Positions 1 through 7,205 of a DNA stretch of 64,000 nucleotides are shown piece by piece (position 1 is the stretch's first letter; the number at the start of each line of letters is the position of its first letter). Position numbers and translations under genes: made by a program. The DNA lies in assembly GCA_040768985.1 (NCBI GenBank), contig JAXGLX010000002.1, forward strand, positions 1,856,637 to 1,920,636, read 5' to 3'. The notes beneath the pieces were generated by a model. The model made no database searches. It worked only from the letters and a program-made list of their open reading frames with translations, and was not told where the DNA came from. The DNA comes from Acidobacteriota bacterium (lineage in GTDB: Bacteria > Acidobacteriota > JAAYUB01).

Positions 1-1418
1 CACTCATACACGTTGCCATGGGTGTCGTACAGGCCCCACGGATTGGGCAGTTTCGTCGCCACCGCCGCGGTGGCTCCGGGATCGTTGGCGCAGAACACCG
101 CCGCAGACTCCAGATTCTGGAGCACTCCAGTCACACCACAAAGATCACAGTTTTCGGTGGCTAAGTATGGCTCGTCGATCCAGAATGGCGAAGTCGTGCC
201 CGCCCGGCAACAGTACTCCCACTCGCCTTCGGTCAGCAACCGGTAACCGTCGGCGTCGAAGTCGCAGTAGCACGGCCCGGCGGTGTAGTTGGTGGAGTCG
301 ATGGGGACGGTGAAGCCGGCGTTCGCATAGTAGCACCGGGTCAGCCCCTGCTGCACCGAGAGCAGATTGGCGAACAGCACCGCTTCTTGCCAGGAGACTG
401 ACTGCACCGGATTGTGAATTCCTGATCCGTAGGCGGTATCCGTCGGATCGGCCGGCAGTGCGGGCTGCACCGCCCGCAGGGCCGACCACATCTGTCGGGT
501 CAGCTCGGTGGCCATCACGGCCAGGTTGCGGGTCAGGGTGTGGGTGAATTGATCCTCATCCCCCTGGCGGCACGACTCGCCGGTCGGAGATCCCTGGGTG
601 AACGTGCCCGCCGGGATGTACATCAGGCCGCCCACGATGGAATCGATGACGTATAGATCACCCGGCTGGAGATCCGTCTGCACCGCCGTCGGCGCCGCGT
701 TGAAGAAAACGTGGCGATCGTTGGCCTGGTCCCAGGTGATGGACATGGGAGTCGGAAATACCACCTGATCGCTGCTGATCCGGACCATATCGAAATCGTC
801 GACACCCACCCCCGCCCAGATCCCCTCCGAGATGGAGACCAGCTTGGTGTGGGGGGCGATCGTCATCGGGCCGCTGTCCCCCACCTGGACACCCAGGCGG
901 AATGCCTCGAACCGGACCGCCAGGGATGACTCCAAGGGATTCATCACGGCGATGCCGGTGCCGATGAAATGCTCCTGGATGGTGTTGGGCAGCACGTACT
1001 CCCACGCCAGCGTCTCCTGCATGAAAAACTCGCACAGCGACAGGCTGTCGCCGTAGCGGTACGACAGTTTCGGCCGGACCCGCTCGCTGGCCGCGGTGAC
1101 GGCGCAGGTGCCTTCCACTGCCGCAAGCACGATTTCACCCGGGGCCGGCGAGTAGCCGGGGTCGGCGGGCAGGACCACGCTGGTCGCCGCATGGGCGCCC
1201 ACCGGGTACTCGGTGGATGACACCAACTGTCCGTTGGTATTCCAGATGGTCAGGGTGAAGGTGTGGGGCGCATCGTCGTTGTTGTACACGTCGATGCGGT
1301 TGATCCACGGCGACAGCGCGGTGACATGGGCCCCGTAGTACGTGGCGGCCGCCAGGGGCGCCGCGAGTGCTGTGGCGATGACCACGCTCAGCAGAAACCG
1401 GTGCATTCCGAGTTTCAT
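1..1418 (-). CDS. Formylglycine-generating enzyme (FGE/SUMF1) domain protein, C-terminus cut by window edge; N-terminal signal peptide plus ~200-aa unknown domain
   Basis: Minus-strand frame runs off position 1 and is therefore absent from the ORF track. It translates to ...SVSWQEAVLFANLL...GYRLLTEGEWEYCCRAGTTSPFW...NPWGLYDTHGNVYEW, the hallmark FGE-sulfatase motifs. ATG at 1418..1416 with a GGAGGAGG RBS 9 nt upstream. N-terminus MKLGMHRFLLSVVIATALAAPLAAA is signal-peptide-like. Confidence 0.8.
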   Translation of the reverse strand, partial: MKLGMHRFLLSVVIATALAAPLAAATYYGAHVTALSPWINRIDVYNNDDAPHTFTLTIWNTNGQLVSSTEYPVGAHAATSVVLPADPGYSPAPGEIVLAAVEGTCAVTAASERVRPKLSYRYGDSLSLCEFFMQETLAWEYVLPNTIQEHFIGTGIAVMNPLESSLAVRFEAFRLGVQVGDSGPMTIAPHTKLVSISEGIWAGVGVDDFDMVRISSDQVVFPTPMSITWDQANDRHVFFNAAPTAVQTDLQPGDLYVIDSIVGGLMYIPAGTFTQGSPTGESCRQGDEDQFTHTLTRNLAVMATELTRQMWSALRAVQPALPADPTDTAYGSGIHNPVQSVSWQEAVLFANLLSVQQGLTRCYYANAGFTVPIDSTNYTAGPCYCDFDADGYRLLTEGEWEYCCRAGTTSPFWIDEPYLATENCDLCGVTGVLQNLESAAVFCANDPGATAAVATKLPNPWGLYDTHGNVYE

Positions 1419-1439
1419 AACATGAACCTCCTCCATGAA

Positions 1440-1930
1440 AGGTGAGCTTTGATCGCTCCGCCTGTTGTACCGATTGAAAGATATGATTTGACGTGATTGT
1501 ATTGGGATAAATTTCCAAATGCAATCTTTCGATGAACGATAATGTCGGTGAATGGGTGAATGGGTAAATCGGTGAATGGGTGAGGGTTCGTTCTCGTAAT
1601 CGTAATTCGTAATCGTGATCGTGATCGTGATCGTAATCGTGATCGTCATCGAAGTTCAAGGTGAATGGGTGAATCGGTGAATGGGTGAATCGGGAGACGG
1701 GAGACGGGAGACGGAAGACGAGAGACGGAAAACAGAAAACGTTAGATGAACGGAAAAACCCGAACCGCGAGCCGCGAATCGCCAGCCCCGAACCGCGAAC
1801 CCTGAACCGCGAGCCCCGATTTCCGATGTCCGATGTCCGCTGATCGGGAACGAGCCTCGAGTCCCGAGCCTCGATCACGATTACTCAGTTACTTCCGAAA
1901 TTCTGCCAAAATTTGGCAAAATTATTCACC
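1440..1930. repeat. Composite tandem-repeat block: (GTGAATGG/GTGAATCG)n, (CGTAAT/CGTGAT)n, (GGGAGAC)n, (CGAACCGCGAGCC)n, (TCCGATG)n, GGAACGAGCCTCGAG module, CGATTAC; ends with a copy of the R-end motif ACTCAGTTACTYCCGAAATTCTGCCAAAATTTGGCAA at 1880-1930
   Basis: Tandem short-period arrays are directly visible. The same modules in the same order recur at about 12 other sites in this window. Confidence 0.85.
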
Positions 1931-2260
1931 GGTTTCTTCCCCCCCTGATCGCCCATCCCAACATCGACCGGCACCGTCTCCGCATTCACGACGAAAATAG
2001 CCAGGCGCAGCCCCGCGAACGCGGGGCAGCGCCTGGAAGGCCAAATAGTTGACGCGCCGCGCCCCGGGTACGGGGCGCGAAGAAAGCGTGTCGGCGGACT
2101 CCACGCTTCCCCGCGCCCCTGTTCAGGGGCGCGTCGGGTAAAAATACTCGGCTGTCCAGGCGCTGCCCGGCTGCGCCGGGCTGCGCCTGGCTATTGTCTT
2201 TGAAACTGGACGGGCTTGCCGAAGATCCAGGATCGCGGCACGGAGCTGAAGTTCACCATC

Positions 2261-2545
2261 ATGCCCCTTTGGTTCCGGCTCCGCCGGGTTGGGATCACGA
2301 TTACGATCACGATTACGAATCACGAGCACGAGTACGAGCACGATCAGGCAGCGGGCAGGCGGGAGGTACCGCGAGCGGCAGCCAGGGGCGGTCCGCCACG
2401 ACCCCGCGAGCCCCGAACCCCGAACCGCGAACCCCGATGTCCGCAGCTTGGGAACGAGCCTCGAGTCTCGAGCCTCTAGCCTCGATTCCGATTACGATTA
2501 CTCAGTTACTCCCGAAATTCTGCCAAAATTTGGCAAGATATCTGG
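2261..2545. repeat. Composite repeat block with L-end motif (TTGGTTCCGGCTNCGCCGGNTTRGGATYACGATTACGA) at 2261-2310 and R-end motif (CCCGAAATTCTGCCAAAATTTGGCAA, palindromic core TGCCAAAaTTTGGCA) at 2510-2545
   Basis: The L-end motif is repeated at 4193-4245 (direct) and 43930-43985 (inverted). The R-end motif is repeated at 1880-1930 and 44355-44400 (inverted). The R-end overlaps the 3' end of CDS 2498..4060. Confidence 0.8.
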
Positions 2546-4060
2546 TGATGGCGCGCAACGGTCCGACAAGGCAGGGATGAGGAGGAACTCTTGCAGGGTG
2601 ACACCGGCGGCGATGACTTTACGACCGAGGGCGGTGAGGTAGTACTTGTAGCAGCGGGTGGCTTTGCGAATCAGTCCGCGCAGCCGGAGATTTTTCAATA
2701 GTCGAGACACCTGACTGGTCGTGCCGCCCAGGAGTCGGCGGACGTGACGGTTGCGCAGGCCGTTGACCATGAACTCAGCGCGACCGATGGTGCGCAGGAG
2801 GCGCTGATCGTGAGCGGCGAAAAAGTTCAGTCCGCGATACCGGCGCCCCTGATGGGTGTGCGCGTGCGACAGGTCGTCGAGCCGGCGGGCCCCATCGGTG
2901 GGGTCCTCGAGCTGGGCCAGGAAGTCGAGATAACGGGCGTTGGCCGCCCGCATCACCGGCATCAGTTCGGGCAGCGAATAGATGTGTTTGCGAAAAGGGG
3001 CCTCCTTGCAGACGGTGTGACCGGTCCGCTGTACCACCGGACGGTGGTGCCGGAAGTAGGTGATATCATCGGCCACCGTCTCCACCCGCAAGATGCGGTG
3101 ATGCTTGTCATACATCTTGATGGAGACCGGCCAGAGGGTATGTTTGACACAGGTGCCCTGCGGTCGGGTGACGAACAGGGTGTCCACGGCGCCCTTGGGC
3201 AGATGGGGAAACTGGCGGCCGAAGAATGCCGTCACCCGCTCCGGCTTCGCCGCCAAGATCACCGCGCGCGACAGGTGCTCATAGACCTGGCGCAACGCGG
3301 TCGGATCGCGAAACACGATGTCCGTGGCATACTCCACCTGGGAAACGGACCAGTGATACGTGGTCTCGAACGTCTCCATCACCGGGCAGCAGCGCCGGGC
3401 ATACTCATCGAGCCGGGCATGCAACCGGGCGATCGCCCAGTCGTCCGCCAGCCGCTGCGCCGCGGCATAGTCGGCCACCTGATGGAAGGCGTTGTCCTGC
3501 AGCGTAAACGCCACGCCCGCCGCCGCCAGCCGGTGGGCCAGCCAGGCGTGGCCGTTGAAGCAGACCTGCAGCCGGTACGGGCACCAGGTCGGTACGCGCA
3601 GGTGCAGCAGGCCCAGTTCCGCATCCAGGAAATAGAAATAATAGTGCAGGCACTTGCCGCCCCGCACCGTCAAATAGGGCGCCCCACTCGGGCGGCGGTG
3701 CCGCACCTCGTACGACTCGCAGCGTTCCTCGGCCGACAGAATGCAGACCAGGCCCGGCGTGTCGCCTCGGGCCGCGCGGCGGGCCTGCGCCACCTCTTCC
3801 TTGCGCACGCTGGCCTTCCGGATGAACTCGATCGTCTGCCCGTTCGCCGCGGCCAGCGCCTCCGCGGTCTGTTTGATCCGGTCTCGCAACCCCATCACCA
3901 GCGGCAGATACTCCGTCAGCGGCCGTTGCCGGCTGTGCAGGTAGGCCGCCATCCCGTCCCGGTAGCAGATCGTCGGCAACGTGCCGAAGAGCAGAATCCG
4001 GTCGTAACACGACAGCACGCCGGCAATCTCGTGCGAATAGCGCGTCTGCAGGTTGCTCAT
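2498..4060 (-). CDS. Hypothetical 520-aa protein with a C-terminal winged-HTH-like region; cargo of a repeat-bounded putative mobile unit; family not recognised
   Basis: Long minus-strand ORF with no long competing frame. The last ~13 codons (ILPNFGRISGVTE) are encoded by the R-end repeat that also occurs at two other sites. The basic region LRNRHVRRLLGGTTSQVSRLLKNLRLRGLIRKATRCYKYYLTALG is HTH-like. No DDE, HUH or tyrosine-recombinase signature was recognised. Confidence 0.6.
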   Translation of the reverse strand: MSNLQTRYSHEIAGVLSCYDRILLFGTLPTICYRDGMAAYLHSRQRPLTEYLPLVMGLRDRIKQTAEALAAANGQTIEFIRKASVRKEEVAQARRAARGDTPGLVCILSAEERCESYEVRHRRPSGAPYLTVRGGKCLHYYFYFLDAELGLLHLRVPTWCPYRLQVCFNGHAWLAHRLAAAGVAFTLQDNAFHQVADYAAAQRLADDWAIARLHARLDEYARRCCPVMETFETTYHWSVSQVEYATDIVFRDPTALRQVYEHLSRAVILAAKPERVTAFFGRQFPHLPKGAVDTLFVTRPQGTCVKHTLWPVSIKMYDKHHRILRVETVADDITYFRHHRPVVQRTGHTVCKEAPFRKHIYSLPELMPVMRAANARYLDFLAQLEDPTDGARRLDDLSHAHTHQGRRYRGLNFFAAHDQRLLRTIGRAEFMVNGLRNRHVRRLLGGTTSQVSRLLKNLRLRGLIRKATRCYKYYLTALGRKVIAAGVTLQEFLLIPALSDRCAPSPDILPNFGRISGVTE

Positions 4061-4189
4061 GGGTCACCATCTGAGAGAAAGGAATACTCCGATTATAGGC
4101 GATGTGGACCGCATGGAAAATCCTGCCCGCAAGAGAATACATTCCCGGCCGAACGCCGAGAGGCTGATGATCAGCCTTCGAGATACAGA

Positions 4190-4325
4190 TAATGCTTTTT
4201 GGTTCCGGCTACGCCGGCTTAGGATTACGATCACGATTACGAATTACGAGCACGAGCACCCAACTCCTATCTCCTGTCTCCTCACTGTTCACCGTTCACT
4301 GTTCACCGTTCACCGTTTTACATAG
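4190..4325. repeat. L-end motif copy (4193-4245) followed by CGATTACG array and GGAGATAGGAGA / GTGAACGGTGAACAG arrays
   Basis: Direct repeat of 2261-2310 lying 135 bp upstream of the ATG of CDS 2498..4060; tandem heptamer arrays visible. Confidence 0.8.
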
Positions 4326-4391
4326 ACCTTGCGGGATGCCGGGATTTTAACTATACTTTGCTTTTGAATCGTTGTTGAACGGAGTTTAAAC

Positions 4392-4796
4392 ATGGAACGG
4401 AAGATCCGCGTGCTCATCGCCAAGCCGGGCCTTGACGGCCACGACCGCGGCGCCAAGGTCATCGCCCGGGCGCTGCGCGATGCCGGGATGGAGGTCATCT
4501 ACACGGGGCTGCGCCAGACGCCGGAGCAGATCGTCGCCGCGGCGCTCCAGGAAGACGTGGACGTGATCGGCATCTCCATCCTCTCGGGTGCTCACATGCA
4601 TCTCTTCCCCAAGATCATGGCCTTGGTGAAGGCCAACCAGATGGACGACGTGCTCGTCTTCGGCGGCGGCATCATCCCCGAGGGGGATGTACCCCAGCTC
4701 CAGGCCATGGGCGTGGCCGCCATCTTCCCCCCTGGCACCTCCACCCAGTCGGTGATCGATTTCCTGAAGGAACGCTTCCAGGCCGCCAAGGCCTGA
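4392..4796 (+). CDS. Cobalamin (B12)-binding domain protein (methylmalonyl-CoA mutase C-terminal domain-like)
   Basis: 134 aa; [36 protein letters not shown]...[14 protein letters not shown] matches the B12-binding Rossmann domain with the DxHxxG motif. Confidence 0.85.
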   Translation: MERKIRVLIAKPGLDGHDRGAKVIARALRDAGMEVIYTGLRQTPEQIVAAALQEDVDVIGISILSGAHMHLFPKIMALVKANQMDDVLVFGGGIIPEGDVPQLQAMGVAAIFPPGTSTQSVIDFLKERFQAAKA

Positions 4797-4815
4797 GCGC
4801 CGCCCCAAACAGATC

Positions 4816-4857
4816 GCGCCCCGGACAGCGGCAGCCGTCCGGGGCGCTGTGTTTTTG
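4816..4857 (+). terminator. Rho-independent terminator after the B12-binding gene
   Basis: GCGCCCCGGAC-agcggcagcc-GTCCGGGGCGC, an 11-bp stem, followed by TGTGTTTTTG. Confidence 0.65.
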
Positions 4858-4898
4858 CAGGGGCGCCCGCCGCCCGAGCGCGGGCTCCGCCGGCGGCG

Positions 4899-5603
4899 CT
4901 AGCGGCCGCCCTCGGCGAGCATCCGGTGCACCTCCTGGGGGACCGGCCCCTGGGCCCAGAAGCGCAGCTCGGTGATCTCGTCGGGAGCCGAGCGGCCGTA
5001 CTTGTAGAAGATGAGCAGGAACTGGCGGTCGTCGAGGCGGCGGTACTCCTTCAGCGAATCCCATTCCTTCACGAACGCCCGGTCGGCGCACTTGGCCGCG
5101 CCCGTCTCGAAGACGATCTTGTCCTCGCGCAGCACCAGGGTGCCCATGCAGTTGGGCCCGTTGAGGTCCAGCTCGACTTTCAGCCGGTACGGCAGCTCCA
5201 CCGGCTCGGCGGGCTGGCCGGCCGGCGCCATGGCCCGGGGACCCATCCGGCCCTGGATGTAGCCGATGGCGGCCATGTTGTCGGGATTGTCGTCGCGGAA
5301 CTTCAGCACGTACTTCTGCCCCTTGCCGTGCACGGTGTCGGAGAAGAACACGTGGAACTCCCAGGTCGAGTCGAACACGATCCGCTCGATGTTGGCGTAC
5401 TCCCAGATCCGGCCGCAGCCCACGTTCCTGGACTCGAAGATCACCTTGTCGTCGCGCACGATGAGGGTGCCCTGGCACTCGCCGCTGCGGTGGTTGTGCT
5501 CCACCTTGATCTGGTAGAGGGTCTCGGCCAGCGCCGGCGCCGCCAGCACGACGGCGACGAACAGGAGCAGCGCGGCCAGCCGCCAAGTCGCTATCCGATG
5601 CAT
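4899..5603 (-). CDS. Secreted protein with internal ~110-aa duplication, unknown function
   Basis: ATG at 5603 with a GGAGG RBS; signal peptide MHRIATWRLAALLLFVAVVLAAPALA; two homologous halves (YQIKVEHNHRSGECQGTLIVRDDKVIFES... / YRLKVELDLNGPNCMGTLVLREDKIVFET...). Overlapping long ORFs on both strands judged spurious high-GC frames. Confidence 0.6.
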   Translation of the reverse strand: MHRIATWRLAALLLFVAVVLAAPALAETLYQIKVEHNHRSGECQGTLIVRDDKVIFESRNVGCGRIWEYANIERIVFDSTWEFHVFFSDTVHGKGQKYVLKFRDDNPDNMAAIGYIQGRMGPRAMAPAGQPAEPVELPYRLKVELDLNGPNCMGTLVLREDKIVFETGAAKCADRAFVKEWDSLKEYRRLDDRQFLLIFYKYGRSAPDEITELRFWAQGPVPQEVHRMLAEGGR

Positions 5604-5763
5604 GTGTACCTCCAGGTTCAGATGACGTGGTGTCAGGATAGCTCAATCCGGCCGCCGCCGCAAGCGGCCGGCGGCCGCATTTTTCCAATTTGCGGCTAGC
5701 TTTTTAGCCGGGCACCACGTATACCATTCTTTTACGATCTCGATCCGAATGGAGGACCCACCC

Positions 5764-7131
5764 ATGGACGCCTTGGATTTTTTAGCCCAACATGAAGCCG
5801 ACAACCTGGATCAACTCAAGGAACTGCTGCGGATCCCCAGCGTCAGCGCCCAGTCCGAGCACGCCGCCGACACGCGCCGCTGCGCCGGCTGGGTGGCGGA
5901 CCACCTGCGCGGCATCGGCCTGGCGGCCGAGGTGTGCGAGACCGGCGGCCACCCGGCGGTGATCGCCGAGTACCAGGGGCCCGCCGGCGCGCCGACGGTG
6001 CTCGTCTACGGCCACTACGACGTCCAGCCGGTCGATCCGGTGGAGCTCTGGAAAAGCACGCCCTTCGATCCCATTGAGTCGGACGGCTACCTGCTGGCGC
6101 GCGGCGTCACCGACGACAAGGGCCAGTTCTTCACCCACGTCAAGGGCGCCGAAGCGTGCCTCCGCACCGCCGGCGCGATCCCGTGCAGCCTGAAGTTCCT
6201 CATCGAGGGCGAGGAAGAATCCGGCTCCGCCCACCTGAACGCGTTCATCGAGGCCAACCGCGAGCGGCTGGCCGCCGACGTGGTGGTGATCTCCGACGGC
6301 TGCCAGTACGGGCCGGACATGCCCGCCATCAACTTCGGCCTGCGCGGGCTGGCGTTCGTCGAGGTCCGGCTCACCGGCCCCGACCGGGACCTGCACTCGG
6401 GCTCCTACGGCGGCGCCGTGGCCAATCCCGTGAACATGCTGGCCCGGATGATCGGCCAGCTCCACTTCGCCGACGGCCGCATCCGGGTGCCCGGCTTCTA
6501 CGACCGGGTGTACACCGCCACCGCCTGGGAGCGGGAACAGTTCGCCCGGCTGCCCTTCGACGCGAAGGAATACCGGCGCTCCACCGGCGCACCGGCGCTC
6601 TGGGGCGAGCCGGGCTTCACGCCCCTGGAGCGCACCTGGATCCGGCCCACCCTCGACGTCAACGGCATCACCGGCGGCTACCAGGGCGAGGGGGGCAAGA
6701 CCATCATCCCGGCGTGGGCCTCGGCCAAGATCACCATGCGCCTGGTGCCCGACATGACCCCCGAGGACACGGCGGCCAAGCTCGAGGCGTACCTGCGGCA
6801 GATCTGCCCGCCCTCGGTCCGGCTGGAGGTGATCCACCACGGCGGCGCCCCGGCGGTGCAGGTGCCCGTGGACGGCCCCTGGCTCGAAGCGGCCGCACGC
6901 GCGCTCGAGACGGGCTTCGGCCGGCGCCCCTTCTTCACGAAGGAGGGCGGCTCGATCCCGGTGGTGGGCACCTTCAAGTCGGTGCTGGGCATCGACACCC
7001 TGCTCATCGGCTTCGGCCAGCAGACCGACAATCCGCATTCGCCCAACGAGCGGATGCTCATTCGCGATTTCCACCGGGGCTGCCGCACGGCGGTGGCCCT
7101 GTTCCACGAACTGGCCGGCGTGCGCCGCTGA
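5764..7131 (+). CDS. M20 family metallopeptidase (dipeptidase / ArgE/DapE-like)
   Basis: GHYDVQP...DDKG...EGEEESGS...H motifs typical of M20. The ATG at 5764 has a GGAGGA RBS 7 nt upstream; an alternative ATG lies at 5749. Confidence 0.85.
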   Translation: MDALDFLAQHEADNLDQLKELLRIPSVSAQSEHAADTRRCAGWVADHLRGIGLAAEVCETGGHPAVIAEYQGPAGAPTVLVYGHYDVQPVDPVELWKSTPFDPIESDGYLLARGVTDDKGQFFTHVKGAEACLRTAGAIPCSLKFLIEGEEESGSAHLNAFIEANRERLAADVVVISDGCQYGPDMPAINFGLRGLAFVEVRLTGPDRDLHSGSYGGAVANPVNMLARMIGQLHFADGRIRVPGFYDRVYTATAWEREQFARLPFDAKEYRRSTGAPALWGEPGFTPLERTWIRPTLDVNGITGGYQGEGGKTIIPAWASAKITMRLVPDMTPEDTAAKLEAYLRQICPPSVRLEVIHHGGAPAVQVPVDGPWLEAAARALETGFGRRPFFTKEGGSIPVVGTFKSVLGIDTLLIGFGQQTDNPHSPNERMLIRDFHRGCRTAVALFHELAGVRR

Positions 7132-7205
7132 CCGCCGGCGGCCGCACGCTTTGGGCGGAGTCCGCAGGATTCCGTCCGCCACGCAATCTGAAGAGGAGTG
7201 ACGAC

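Noticed and set aside
1135-1878. 247-aa minus ORF (also 2194..2580 and 14380..14961) running through repeat blocks
   Set aside because: The translation is pure low-complexity (HPFTHSPIH..., DHDYDHDH...) generated by the tandem repeats. The upstream part overlaps the real FGE gene out of frame.
1440-1930. Possibility that the tandem arrays are CRISPR arrays
   Set aside because: The units are 6-13 nt microsatellite-like repeats with no unique spacers of 25-40 nt. No cas genes are present.
4672-5699. Two long overlapping ORFs (338 aa minus, 257 aa plus) over the secreted duplicated-domain gene
   Set aside because: The 4899..5603 frame has a signal peptide, an RBS and an internal domain duplication. 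The others are compositionally biased alternative frames.
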